Origin: Candidatus Iainarchaeum sp.
GTDB lineage: Archaea; Iainarchaeota; Iainarchaeia; Iainarchaeales; JAAZKV01
Reading direction: 5' to 3'
NCBI GenBank assembly: GCA_026397015.1
Contig: JAPLVR010000005.1
Location: forward strand, 57,231 to 121,230
DNA: 64,000 bases
The translations under genes were made by a program, and so were the position numbers. How positions within the stretch are numbered: the first letter of the stretch is position 1; each line of letters opens with the position of its first letter. The notes under the pieces were generated by a model that ran no database searches, was not told the DNA's origin, and worked only from the letters and a program-made list of their open reading frames with translations. Positions 19,730-29,256 of this stretch are shown piece by piece.

Positions 19730-20161
19730 TTATTCGATCGCGGTGTCCCGCCAATTTTCTTTTATCCATCTTTCCGCTCGCCCCATGACTTCCCCCCAGC
19801 CCAGCCTTTCCAGTTCTTTTTCAACCACTTTTCCTTTGTGGGGATACTTTGATTTTTGCGCATGATTAGAGCCGAAGCCCTGAAAGTAATGGACCAGTTC
19901 GTGCATCAAAACATAATCCAAAACATATTCAGGCACATCAACGGATTTCAGGCGCGAATTTATTTCTATTATTGAGCCGTATTCCTTGTCCTTCAGCGGC
20001 TTTATTTTTCCAAGCACGCTTTTTGACTTTCTTCCCCATCTTATTACAAATAAATTTGTTACGGCTTTTTCCGGAAAGTTTTCCCTCACGAGCGCCGCCA
20101 CTTTGCGCGCCAGATAAGAATCATAATCCGCGGACGACACCATGCACAATTTTTTTGGCAC
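19730..20161 (-). CDS. SprT/YgjP-like HExxH metalloprotein
   Basis: DYVLMHELVH...H. Confidence 0.8.
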   Translation of the reverse strand: MPKKLCMVSSADYDSYLARKVAALVRENFPEKAVTNLFVIRWGRKSKSVLGKIKPLKDKEYGSIIEINSRLKSVDVPEYVLDYVLMHELVHYFQGFGSNHAQKSKYPHKGKVVEKELERLGWGEVMGRAERWIKENWRDTAIE

Positions 20162-20183
20162 AGTTGTTTTAAAAATCGGCCTT

Positions 20184-20681
20184 TTATGGCGTGATTATTT
20201 CGAGCTTTGTTTTCTTTTCCCCAAGGTCCGTTTTGATTGAAATAGTATAGCTGCCGGAAAATACTGTTGCGTTCGGATTGGCTCTGACAATACAGTTCGC
20301 TTTTCTGTAATCGCCCGGAGCCACATTCGGGAAAGTCCCCGTTGAAGGATAAATCAGTATTTCCTCAGAATTTGTGTCAACATTGAAAGTGATGTCCGCG
20401 GTTTCTTTTGAAATATTTGTAAGAGTAAGTCTCAGCAATGCCTCTCCTGTCGAATCTTTAGTCAAATCAAGCGGATTGTTTGTCCAATCAGCCCTTATTG
20501 GCTCTGAGAATATTCCGCCGTTTTGCGATTCAAAGAAAGAAAAAAGCAGGAAGAGAATTATTGCCACAACAATCATCGCGATTATTGCCACTATCGGATT
20601 TTTCAGCCTGTCAAAATCGATATCCGGCAGCGTCGGCACCGGTATTGTCGGCAACGCAAATTTCGGACCGTACAGAGACAT
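20184..20681 (-). CDS. Single-pass membrane protein with Ig-like domain
   Basis: One TM helix, beta-rich C-terminal region. Confidence 0.6.
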   Translation of the reverse strand: MSLYGPKFALPTIPVPTLPDIDFDRLKNPIVAIIAMIVVAIILFLLFSFFESQNGGIFSEPIRADWTNNPLDLTKDSTGEALLRLTLTNISKETADITFNVDTNSEEILIYPSTGTFPNVAPGDYRKANCIVRANPNATVFSGSYTISIKTDLGEKKTKLEIITP

Positions 20682-20736
20682 TCTAAAAATAGGCTTTTGG
20701 CTTATTTAAACCTTGCCCTTCCCCCGATTTTTTCTT

Positions 20737-21813
20737 TTAAGGCAGCGTGAATAGCTGGTCGTCTTCGGCGTAAAATATTTTTGCCCTTACTCCCGCGTCA
20801 AGCCATGCGTGCGCGTATGAAAAACTCGCCAGCGCGGTAAGAAAATCGCCCTTTCCCCTGAAGTGCTTTCCGTCACTGAAGTAGTTCTTTGCCATCCCCA
20901 AAAAGTCTTCCCCTATTTTTTTTTCCCTTTCCGAAAGCTCCTGCGCGAATTTTATTTTTTCGAGCGCCTTCGCGGTAATCATCTCGTATTTTTCCGTCTT
21001 TTCCTCAAGGCGGTTTTTTTGTATTCTGTTTGAAAGTTTTCCACTGTGTAAAACTTGCAGCGCCTCCTTTTCCTTTTCAGTAAGCTTTCCGCAGACTATT
21101 AAGCTCTGCGGGAACAATTTTTTCACTTCTTTTGCCCCTTCGATGTTTTCCTTTCCGATTATTATTTTCTCATTTTCGGCGCCGAGGGCCAGTAGCGCAA
21201 CGAAACTCCAACCAATTTTTTCATTTTTGCCTGAAGCGATTTTTTCCAATACCTCAATCGCTTCCGCGCAGTTCATCAGCCTTTTTTCCTTTTCATCGTT
21301 TTTGATGTCAAGCAGGCAGACCGTGTGCAATCCGATTGACTGGTTCTGCTTTATTTGTTCGTAAAATGAATCCGGCTCGAAATTTTTTGCGTGATAGCAA
21401 ACCGTTGCGGTTCTTCCAAACCTGTATTCGTCAAGCCCGCTTTTTGAAATCAAATTTGTGATGGAAATTCCGGGAATCACTTTTGTTTCGACTTTTTTTT
21501 CTTTCGCGTCAATCAAAAGTTGGACATGGGTGGTTGCGGTAAGGGGGTTTCCAAACACAATGAGCGCGACTTTTTTTTTCTTCGCCGAATCGGATGAAAA
21601 GTCGAAACCGGTTTCAACACTTTCCCTGCTTAAGATTTCTATTTTTTTATTTCGGCCGATTTTCTTTTTCAATTCGGCAAGCGTGCCTTCGCAGTATTGG
21701 GAGGTGTATTCCTCTGCGAATATTTTGTCGCATTTTTTCAGGGTTTCAACCGCTTCCGCTGTGATGTGCCCCGGTTTCAATCCTATTCCAATCAGGTAAA
21801 ACATTTTTTTCAC
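20737..21813 (-). CDS. dph5: Diphthine synthase fused to a C-terminal DUF357-like domain
   Basis: LIGIGL, EEYTS, PLTATTH, YRFGRT, GLHT.CLLDI; tail MAKNYFSDG.HF...YAHAWLDAGVR. Confidence 0.9.
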   Translation of the reverse strand: MKKMFYLIGIGLKPGHITAEAVETLKKCDKIFAEEYTSQYCEGTLAELKKKIGRNKKIEILSRESVETGFDFSSDSAKKKKVALIVFGNPLTATTHVQLLIDAKEKKVETKVIPGISITNLISKSGLDEYRFGRTATVCYHAKNFEPDSFYEQIKQNQSIGLHTVCLLDIKNDEKEKRLMNCAEAIEVLEKIASGKNEKIGWSFVALLALGAENEKIIIGKENIEGAKEVKKLFPQSLIVCGKLTEKEKEALQVLHSGKLSNRIQKNRLEEKTEKYEMITAKALEKIKFAQELSEREKKIGEDFLGMAKNYFSDGKHFRGKGDFLTALASFSYAHAWLDAGVRAKIFYAEDDQLFTLP

Positions 21814-21832
21814 CGCAAAATTTTACACTCAT

Positions 21833-22690
21833 TTATATTATTCCGAGCTTGAACAGGCTCGCCAGCCCGGTTGCAAACCCTATAATTGCAATAATCACTT
21901 TTACAAATCCGACAACATTTTTTCTTTTTCCGTTTTCCTTCAGGTAATCGTCAAGGCTCCAGCAGATTAGAACGGCTATCGCCAGCTTTACTGCGACAAA
22001 TAAAATCGGGCTGATTTGGATTATGGCGTTTGAAACGAAGTGCTGTTCGCTGAAATTGAAGAATGTTATTGCGACAGTGCTCGCGATTCCGTCAATCGCC
22101 TGTCCTCCCACTATTAAGAGGTTCATTTTGTCCGAAAGTATTTTGTATTTCGTGAATTTGTTTATCACGAAACAAATCGAGTAAGCCGCAATCGGAATAA
22201 TTATTGCAGTTGCAATGAAAGCAGGCCAGTTGTTGAATCTGCTTAGGTTGAAAAGCAACGGTGCGGCGCAAATCACGGCCCCAAAAATAAAAACCCTTTT
22301 TTCGTCCAATTTTTTCCAAACTGTCCCGATTGCAAGCCCCGCAAGAACAAGCGCGAATGTAAGAAGCCATATTCCGGGGGTAAAAAACCAAAAGCCCAAT
22401 TCGAACGGATTTGCGGTTTTTGTTATTCCCTCGATAACAAGCATTCCCGATTCGATTTGGTGCATTACGACGCGCAGCGAAATGCCGAACAGTATGTAGG
22501 GCAGCATCGCTGTAAAGAATTTTTCGCCAAATTTTATTTTTTTTCTGAAAATAAGGTAGATTGTGATGCACGTGAGCGCAAGCAGTGCGATGTAAATGCT
22601 TGTGTTAACTATGTTGTACCCCTGAATTTCGGGGTTCATTACAGGGGTTATGAAATACTGGTTGAGAAATTCGCCGGGATTGAAATCCAT
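21833..22690 (-). CDS. DUF63 family membrane protein
   Basis: GYNIVNT, TPGIW, EQH, GFATG; multiple TMs. Confidence 0.75.
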   Translation of the reverse strand: MDFNPGEFLNQYFITPVMNPEIQGYNIVNTSIYIALLALTCITIYLIFRKKIKFGEKFFTAMLPYILFGISLRVVMHQIESGMLVIEGITKTANPFELGFWFFTPGIWLLTFALVLAGLAIGTVWKKLDEKRVFIFGAVICAAPLLFNLSRFNNWPAFIATAIIIPIAAYSICFVINKFTKYKILSDKMNLLIVGGQAIDGIASTVAITFFNFSEQHFVSNAIIQISPILFVAVKLAIAVLICWSLDDYLKENGKRKNVVGFVKVIIAIIGFATGLASLFKLGII

Positions 22691-22728
22691 AATTAGGTTT
22701 AAATTAGCACCTTTATTTAATTGTTTTT

Positions 22729-23553
22729 ATGGACCTGAAGGATGCTCTTGCAAAGGGCCTCTCAAATAAAGAAATGGGCTTTGCGCCCCGCGCCTTCGAT
22801 TCTTTCGGCAATATTGCGGTAATTGAGGTCCCAAAACAATTGAGGAAAAAGAAGAGATTGATTGGCGAGGCTCTGTTGGAGGCGAATCCGCGCTTCGAAA
22901 CCGTTTGCTCGATTGAAAGCGATCACGCCGGAAAATACAGGGTGCAAAAAGTCAAAGTTATTGCCGGTAAGAAGAATACGATTGCGACTTACAGGGAGAG
23001 CGGCTGCGCTTTTCTCGTTCCGCTCGGAAAGGTTTTTTTCTCGCCGCGCCTCGGCGCCGAGCGCCTGCGGATTGCGGGGCAGATAAAAGACGGCGAGTTT
23101 GTCGGTTGCTGGTTTTCCGGCGTTGCGCCGTATCCGGTTGTTTTTGCGAAGCGTTCAAAAATGGGGCGTGCGGTTGCAATTGAATTGAACCCTGTTGCGC
23201 ACGCCTATGCAAAAAAAAATTTGTTGCTGAACAAGGTTAAGAATGTTGAATTGGTTAAGGGCGATGTCAAGAAGCAGTACAAAAAATTTTCCAAATCATT
23301 TGACAGAATCGCGATGCCGCTCCCCCACACGGGATATCAGTTTTTGAAGGAGGCTTTTTTCGCAATTAAGAGGGGCGGCACAATTCATTTTTACGAGATT
23401 GTTGAAAAGGAAAATTTTGCGTTGCCCGAGAAGCAAATTTTTGCCGCGGCGAAGAAAGCGAAAAGAAAGGCAAAAATTGTTTTCAAAAAGCGCGTGAGGG
23501 TTTTTTCGCCTTCAAAGGAACAGGTTGTTTTTGACATAAGAGTTTTAAACTAA
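22729..23553 (+). CDS. trm5: tRNA m1G37 methyltransferase (Trm5 family)
   Basis: D..GNIA, KVFFSPRL..ER.RI, IELNP.A, DRIAMPLP. Confidence 0.88.
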   Translation: MDLKDALAKGLSNKEMGFAPRAFDSFGNIAVIEVPKQLRKKKRLIGEALLEANPRFETVCSIESDHAGKYRVQKVKVIAGKKNTIATYRESGCAFLVPLGKVFFSPRLGAERLRIAGQIKDGEFVGCWFSGVAPYPVVFAKRSKMGRAVAIELNPVAHAYAKKNLLLNKVKNVELVKGDVKKQYKKFSKSFDRIAMPLPHTGYQFLKEAFFAIKRGGTIHFYEIVEKENFALPEKQIFAAAKKAKRKAKIVFKKRVRVFSPSKEQVVFDIRVLN

Positions 23554-23572
23554 ATCGCGCTTTCTTTTTCTT

Positions 23573-24247
23573 ATGGCTTTGAATTTGGTCTTTCTGGGCC
23601 CCCCAGGCGCGGGAAAAGGCAGCATTGCCGAGGCAATAGTGAAAAAATACGGGCTGGCGCACATATCCACCGGCGAGCTTATACGCGCAGAAGTCGCCGC
23701 CAAAACAGCTTTGGGAAAAAGGCTTGAAAAAATAATTAACGCTGGAAATTTAGTTTCAAATGAGGATGCGAAAAGCCTTGTGGAAAATAAGGTAGGAGGA
23801 TTGAAAAAGAAAGGAAATTTCAAAGGGATAATTTTTGACGGTTATCCGCGTTCGCTTGTTCAGGCGGGAGGGTTTGAAGAGTTGCTTGGCAAGTTTAATG
23901 AAAAAATTTCGGCGGTTGTTTATATTGAGAGTTCCGAAGAACAGATAGTAAAAAGGCTTTCCGCGCGCTGGCACTGCCCAAAATGCAAAAAGGATTATAA
24001 TATGATTTTTGGTCCTCCGAAATTGAAAGGCAAGTGCGACATTGATGGCGCAAAGATTGTCAGGCGCGAGGATGACGAGCCGGAAATAATAAAGAAACGC
24101 TACAGGGTATTTTTAGAGGAAACCGCGCCGGTAATCGGATTTTTTGAAAAAAAAGGTTTGCTGAAGAAGTACGACGGAAATGCGCCGCTTCGGGAAAGCA
24201 TAGCGAGGGCGGAAAAAATTGTTGCGCCGCTTCTTATGCAGCCCTGA
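23573..24247 (+). CDS. adk: Adenylate kinase (bacterial type, Zn lid)
   Basis: GPPGAGKG, ISTG, DGYPR, CxxC...CxxD lid, REDD. Confidence 0.93.
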   Translation: MALNLVFLGPPGAGKGSIAEAIVKKYGLAHISTGELIRAEVAAKTALGKRLEKIINAGNLVSNEDAKSLVENKVGGLKKKGNFKGIIFDGYPRSLVQAGGFEELLGKFNEKISAVVYIESSEEQIVKRLSARWHCPKCKKDYNMIFGPPKLKGKCDIDGAKIVRREDDEPEIIKKRYRVFLEETAPVIGFFEKKGLLKKYDGNAPLRESIARAEKIVAPLLMQP

Positions 24248-24265
24248 ACTTTTTCAGATTAAAAC

Positions 24266-24299
24266 TTTTGTGAAAAAAGAGTTTTTGTGAAAAAAGAGT
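24266..24299. repeat. 17-bp tandem duplication
   Basis: ttttgtgaaaaaagagt twice. Confidence 0.85.
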
Positions 24300-24307
24300 T
24301 TCTTTAT

Positions 24308-24335
24308 CAGCCTTTTGGCAAAAGGCTGGCGAAAA
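24308..24335 (+). repeat. Copy of the CAGCCTTTT-N3-AAAAGGCTG-GCG-AAAA palindrome family
   Basis: cagccttttggcaaaaggctggcgaaaa; reverse complement of the copies at 57038 and 62414. Confidence 0.85.
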
Positions 24336-24421
24336 CCGCCGCCTTCAGGCATCGGATGAAGCTTGTTGGCTTCTGTCCTTAAACCAACAGAAGCCGCACA
24401 CTTTAGTGCGCGGTAATTCAC
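24331..24421 (+). mobile_element. Miniature non-autonomous IS200/IS605-like element (PATE-like)
   Basis: Left hairpin ccgccgccttcaggcatcgg; right hairpin gaagccgcacac-ttta-gtgcgcggtaattcac ending in TCAC. Confidence 0.55.
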
Positions 24422-25128
24422 TGCACGGCATCCCACAGAACATTGTCTTTTGCGTTTATTACAAATCCTTCAGCCGTTATGTTTGCAGGGTGTATGTTCT
24501 TGCTGTGGTCGGATCCGCGCATTTTTCTGATAAATATGCTTCTGTTTGGCGGCGTGAAATATAGTGCGATTACGCCGTCGGCGACGAATTCTTCGACTCC
24601 GTAGGCGGAAAAAACCGATTTTTTTGGTTTTGTTTCTGCAGTTAGCAGTGTGGTGCACCCGAATGCTTTCAGCCTGTCGCAGAACTGAAATAATGTAGTT
24701 CTCAGGATGCTCGCGTCTATGTAGGCGCCAAAAACGGTTGTTGAATCTACCACCAGCCTTTTCGCCTTGATTTCCTCAACTCTTTTTTCAATTTCCCTCA
24801 ACTGTTCATCAATCCTGTTTTCAGTAAGGTCCTTGTTTTTTATGTACCCCAAATTCAGCCTGTAAATATTGAAAAGCCCTTCGTCCTGAAGTTTTTTTAT
24901 GTCCCACTGGAAGCTTTCCATGTTCCAGCTTATGTCGCGGACGCTTCCTTCAAGTGTTACAAAAAGCCCGGCTTCGTTGTATTGGCTCGCGCCATTGTAT
25001 AAATATTGTGTTGTAAAAATGGTTTTGCCAGTTCCTGTCCCGCCCGAGATCAGCACGTTGCTTCCTTTCGGGATTCCCCCCTGTATCAGCTGATCCAGCC
25101 CCGAAATTCCCGTTTTTACCCTTTCCAA
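24418..25128 (-). CDS. KaiC/RAD55-like RecA-superfamily ATPase
   Basis: TGI.GLD..I.GGIP, GGTGTGKT, VVDS, RKMRGS.H. Confidence 0.92.
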   Translation of the reverse strand: MERVKTGISGLDQLIQGGIPKGSNVLISGGTGTGKTIFTTQYLYNGASQYNEAGLFVTLEGSVRDISWNMESFQWDIKKLQDEGLFNIYRLNLGYIKNKDLTENRIDEQLREIEKRVEEIKAKRLVVDSTTVFGAYIDASILRTTLFQFCDRLKAFGCTTLLTAETKPKKSVFSAYGVEEFVADGVIALYFTPPNRSIFIRKMRGSDHSKNIHPANITAEGFVINAKDNVLWDAVQ

Positions 25129-25276
25129 AAAGACACCCTGATATTTTCCAGATTTTTTACTTTTTCCTTTTTCTGCCTTGAGAATAATGGATTAAGTAGT
25201 ATTTAATCCTTACTAACTTTGCCGGCGGGCGCCTGCAAAGAATTAAAAATAATGGTAATTGTAATCATTGTTGAAT

Positions 25277-26131
25277 ATGGTGAAAAGGAAGCTGGCGAAA
25301 AAGGAAAAAAGGGGTTCCCGTACGGCGAAAGAAAATGCAATCGCTTCAACTAAAGAAAGCAGGATGGCGCGGGCATCAAGAAATGATTCCGTTGAAGTTG
25401 AAAATGCGGCGGCATCCGGCGAAGAAGAAACATTTGAACGTGATTATTCCCAAATGGATTTGGTTGACCTGATTGACCAGCCGGCTTGGAAAACAATTCT
25501 TATCGACTTGGTTAGGACCGAAAAAATGGATCCGTGGGATATTGATGTTGCCGAGCTCGCCGAAAAATATTTGAAAAAAATAAATGAACTTGAGCAAAGC
25601 AATTTGCGCGTTCCGGCAAACGCCATTCTCGCCTGCGCAATTCTGTTGAAAACAAAAAGCAAGTATCTGCACCTCGGTCCGATTGAGGATGAAGAGGATG
25701 AGAAGCCTCTCTCCGAACAGCAAAGAACGCTGATGCTCGGAGAAATCCCCGATTTGATGGCGAATCGCGCCTTCAGGGAGGGAAAAGTTACTCTTGACGA
25801 GTTGGTTGCAAGCATTGAAGGAATAATAAACAGCAGCAGGGCCGGAAGAAATGCAGCAAGGCAAATACCACGGATAGAACTAAATTTTGACACGAGCACG
25901 ATAGAAGAAAGGGTTTCCGAGATACTTGAAAAGATAAGGCAAAAAGCGGATTCACAAGGGGTCGTGATGTTCCGCAATCTTCTGGGCGGATCGGATGCCA
26001 GCACAATTGTTGATACTTTTGTTCCGGTCCTTTTTCTGGTGAACAGCGGAAAAATAATTGCGTATCAGGAAGAATTTTTCGGCGACATTTTTATACAGCT
26101 CATTCCTGAAAGCGAGTGGCGCAAAAAATGA
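25277..26131 (+). CDS. scpA: Segregation/condensation protein A (kleisin)
   Basis: MDPWDID, A.AILL..KS, VTLDEL, C-terminal F..LFL...G.I...QEEFFGDI. Confidence 0.9.
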   Translation: MVKRKLAKKEKRGSRTAKENAIASTKESRMARASRNDSVEVENAAASGEEETFERDYSQMDLVDLIDQPAWKTILIDLVRTEKMDPWDIDVAELAEKYLKKINELEQSNLRVPANAILACAILLKTKSKYLHLGPIEDEEDEKPLSEQQRTLMLGEIPDLMANRAFREGKVTLDELVASIEGIINSSRAGRNAARQIPRIELNFDTSTIEERVSEILEKIRQKADSQGVVMFRNLLGGSDASTIVDTFVPVLFLVNSGKIIAYQEEFFGDIFIQLIPESEWRKK

Positions 26132-26193
26132 TTTAATTTTCAGTTCCCATTAACAGGCAAAATATTAAATACTTCAATTGCCTTACATCTGGC

Positions 26194-26844
26194 ATGGTTT
26201 CAAAAAAAAAGCGCGCCAGGCGTTCATTCAGAAGGGCGCCGGCAAAATCGAAAGAAACTGTGCGCGTGAAAACTTTTATCGTTGAAAAGCCCGTTTACAT
26301 TAAATCCAAGGGAATGATAGGGGATGACGACGACCCTCCGGGAAAATACGATTCAAAATGGAGCAGGTATTTCCGCAAAAGGATGCCTCCATTTGCAAGG
26401 GCTCCAAAGGGAAGGGGCGGCGAAAATTTTGCGGAAGAAGATGATATCGGATCTGATGAAGCCGAGGGTAGTCCGGAAGGTAGCACAGAAGAATATCCTG
26501 AAGATGGCGCCGGAGAACCAGGCAATAATGAAATGGCGGAAGATGAAGGCGGTGTAGAAGATTTTGCCGGCGAGGACATTCCAGAGGGGGATGTTGAGGA
26601 TGCGCTAAATCCGCCTTCTTCCAGGCACAAGCGCAGCCATGGATTGTTCCAAAACAAGTGGTGGCTGAAAGGGATTTTGAAAGGGGTTGCCGTTTGGCTG
26701 ATAATTCTTATTCTCGCTTATATGATGGATTTTTTGAAAATGGTTAATGTGGAAGGGTGGAAGAGCTGGTTCGGCTTCCTAATTTTCCTTATCATAGTCT
26801 TCCTGGTTTATGAAAAGTTTTTGAAGGGGAAAGCAAACATTTAA
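26194..26844 (+). CDS. Hypothetical protein with basic N-terminus, acidic middle and two C-terminal TMs
   Basis: Amino-acid composition and hydrophobic helices. Confidence 0.65.
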   Translation: MVSKKKRARRSFRRAPAKSKETVRVKTFIVEKPVYIKSKGMIGDDDDPPGKYDSKWSRYFRKRMPPFARAPKGRGGENFAEEDDIGSDEAEGSPEGSTEEYPEDGAGEPGNNEMAEDEGGVEDFAGEDIPEGDVEDALNPPSSRHKRSHGLFQNKWWLKGILKGVAVWLIILILAYMMDFLKMVNVEGWKSWFGFLIFLIIVFLVYEKFLKGKANI

Positions 26845-26852
26845 GTCGCGCC

Positions 26853-27122
26853 TTAAATTTTTTTAGTTTCATAGCTACTTTGATTCTTGGATTTTTTTAG
26901 CGCTTCCTCGATTCTGCCCTGGTCAAAGCCGGATATTATTTCGCCGTCAATTTCTATTACCGGCACGCGCACCTGCCCGCTTTTCTCAATCATTTCTTCC
27001 GCCTTTTTTCTGTCGGTCCCGACATCGAAGTCTTCGAATTTTATTTTTTTGTCTCTAAGCCAGTTTTTCGCCATTATGCAGTACGGGCAGGTCTTGGTTG
27101 AATAAACTTTTATTTTTGCCAT
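26853..27122 (-). CDS. Glutaredoxin/NrdH-like protein
   Basis: CPYC, VPVI, GFD. Confidence 0.92.
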   Translation of the reverse strand: MAKIKVYSTKTCPYCIMAKNWLRDKKIKFEDFDVGTDRKKAEEMIEKSGQVRVPVIEIDGEIISGFDQGRIEEALKKSKNQSSYETKKI

Positions 27123-27164
27123 TAAGCCACCTTCTTTTGCCTGAATAGTCGGGTTCGTTTGGTA

Positions 27165-27989
27165 TTAAAAACTTTTTGAATTTTTTTCGTTTTTCTTTCC
27201 GACCATTACAAAGAACGCGTTTTCCTTCTTGAAGAGCCATTTTATTTCGTCGATAAGCGGTTTTTTGAATTTTGGTTTTGAATTAACAAATTCAATCCCG
27301 TTTTCGCGGAACCATTCGAGCACCTCTCCGACAGAATGGTAGCTTTCATGCACCTGCCCGTACTTGTCCGCAATCCATGTTTCGTTTTCCGGTCCACCAA
27401 AATATTTTTTTCCAAATTCTACTCTCTTTCCGATATTGTTGCCGCAAAAAAAACCAATAAATGTCCTTTTCATCCTCAGCCGCAGCCGCGAATATTTGTT
27501 GTACAATCCCACAATAATTATCCCGCCGTCTTTCAGGTTTTCGGCGCATATTTTGAATGCGCGTTTTGCATCGATTGTGTGATGCAGTGAGCCGAGCGCA
27601 ATCACCACATCAAACTTTTTTTTGCTTTTGAATTCAAAAACATTTTTTTCCTCGAATTTTGCGCCGCTTTTAACAGTCTTTTCCAATTTTTTTGCCCGCC
27701 CTATTGACGCGCCGCTGAAATCTATTCCCAGAACTTTGGCGTCCTGCAGGGCAATTGAATTTGCAAGTTCGCCGGTGCCGCACCCTACGTCAAATACTTT
27801 TTTTTCTTTCCAAAAGTTTTTTTCCGTCGTAAAAATTTTTGAAACCCATTTGTGGTATTTTGAAAGCATTTCTCCAGACCCGATTTCTCTGGAAGGGTAG
27901 GGCCATTTTTCGTATAACTCCCTTACAAGCCCTTCAGCGGCTTTTTCATTTTTCCCGTATTGCATGGTAATGATTATTGGGTTGTCCAT
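27165..27989 (-). CDS. Class I SAM-dependent methyltransferase (start may be 27965)
   Basis: DVGCGTG, GIDFS, FDVV...GSLHH. Confidence 0.88.
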   Translation of the reverse strand: MDNPIIITMQYGKNEKAAEGLVRELYEKWPYPSREIGSGEMLSKYHKWVSKIFTTEKNFWKEKKVFDVGCGTGELANSIALQDAKVLGIDFSGASIGRAKKLEKTVKSGAKFEEKNVFEFKSKKKFDVVIALGSLHHTIDAKRAFKICAENLKDGGIIIVGLYNKYSRLRLRMKRTFIGFFCGNNIGKRVEFGKKYFGGPENETWIADKYGQVHESYHSVGEVLEWFRENGIEFVNSKPKFKKPLIDEIKWLFKKENAFFVMVGKKNEKNSKSF

Positions 27990-28026
27990 AAAAATATAAA
28001 ACCGTTCAGACAACTGATTTTTAGCC

Positions 28027-28677
28027 ATGCGAACCAAGGAAAGAGCGCTGAAAATTCTTTCTCTTCTGGAGAAAAATTATCCCCGTGTGCCGAAGCTTTT
28101 TCTTTCACACGAAACTGACGCACAAATGCTCTGCGCGATTATTCTTTCCGCACGCAACACTGACAAACAAACCAACAAGGTAACTTCAAAACTTTTCAAA
28201 AAGTATAAAATTGTTTCAGATTTTGCGGGCGCAAACGCGGCAGTTTTTATGAATGAGATTTCATCAATCGGCCTTTACAAGTCAAAATCAAAAAATATTA
28301 TTTCTTCGTTTAAAAAAATAAGGGATGATTTTGACGGAAAGATTCCCCAGAAAATGGAAGAGTTGCTGCAGCTGCCCGGCGTCGGAAGAAAAACGGCAAA
28401 TCTTGTTCTAGTTTCGCTTGGAAAAATCGAGGGCATTGCAGTTGACACCCATGTTGCGCGCCTCTCCTGTCGCTTTGGCTTGTCGAAAAGCAGAAATCCC
28501 GATGTGATTGAAAGGGACTTGGTGAAAATTTATCCGCGGAACAAGTGGTCGAAGATAAACGGGCTTTTTATTTCCCATGGCAGAGCAGTTTGCACCGCGC
28601 GGAATCCTAAATGCGGCGAATGTTTCCTAAATAGGGCAGGGCTTTGCCCGCGCATCGGCCTCGCCGACCCAATTTGA
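28027..28677 (+). CDS. nth: Endonuclease III
   Basis: LPGVGRKTAN, VDTH, C-x6-C-x2-C-x7-C Fe-S cluster. Confidence 0.95.
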   Translation: MRTKERALKILSLLEKNYPRVPKLFLSHETDAQMLCAIILSARNTDKQTNKVTSKLFKKYKIVSDFAGANAAVFMNEISSIGLYKSKSKNIISSFKKIRDDFDGKIPQKMEELLQLPGVGRKTANLVLVSLGKIEGIAVDTHVARLSCRFGLSKSRNPDVIERDLVKIYPRNKWSKINGLFISHGRAVCTARNPKCGECFLNRAGLCPRIGLADPI

Positions 28678-28731
28678 GGTATTTAAGCAATAATATTTAA
28701 CCTGTGCGGACGAAAAATTAATGCGATTCGA

Positions 28732-29217
28732 ATGATTAGAAAAGAAGATTTGTTGGAGGAAATAATCGGGAAGAATCCAGAAGTTCTTCCCGTGTTGGCT
28801 CAAGCGGGCCTTCACTGCATCGGCTGCCATCTTTCTGCAAGCGAAACGCTTGAAGGAGGTTGCAAAGCGCACGGAATGAACGATTCTGAAATACGCGGGC
28901 TCGTTACAAAAGTGAACAAAGAAGTTTCTAATTTTGAAAAAAAGCCGAGGGTTGAATTCACAAAAAACGCTGTTGCAGAACTTGAGAGGCGCGTGAACGA
29001 GAACGGCAAAAAATATGTGCGGGTTGTGCAGCTCTTTGGCGGCGAATTTGATTTTGATGCCGTCGACGAAAAAGACGGCGAGGATATCGAGTTAAAACCC
29101 GGTTCAGGTGTTGTTGTTCTGCTTGGCCCGCGTACGGAAAAATTTTTGAGGGAAATAAAAATCGACTACGATAAAGGAGTAAAGGATTTTGTTGCGGCAA
29201 GGGCTGCGAAAAAATAA
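28732..29217 (+). CDS. DUF1858-domain protein with HesB-like C-terminal part
   Basis: GLHCIGC.....ETLE.GC.AHG; VEFT..AV. Confidence 0.75.
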   Translation: MIRKEDLLEEIIGKNPEVLPVLAQAGLHCIGCHLSASETLEGGCKAHGMNDSEIRGLVTKVNKEVSNFEKKPRVEFTKNAVAELERRVNENGKKYVRVVQLFGGEFDFDAVDEKDGEDIELKPGSGVVVLLGPRTEKFLREIKIDYDKGVKDFVAARAAKK

Positions 29218-29256
29218 GGCGCTTTTCTAAAAATTTTTTGTTTTCCGCTGCTTTTT

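Noticed and set aside
24418-25128. Circadian clock KaiC
   Set aside because: Single-domain ATPase without kaiA/kaiB; such proteins are common in archaea
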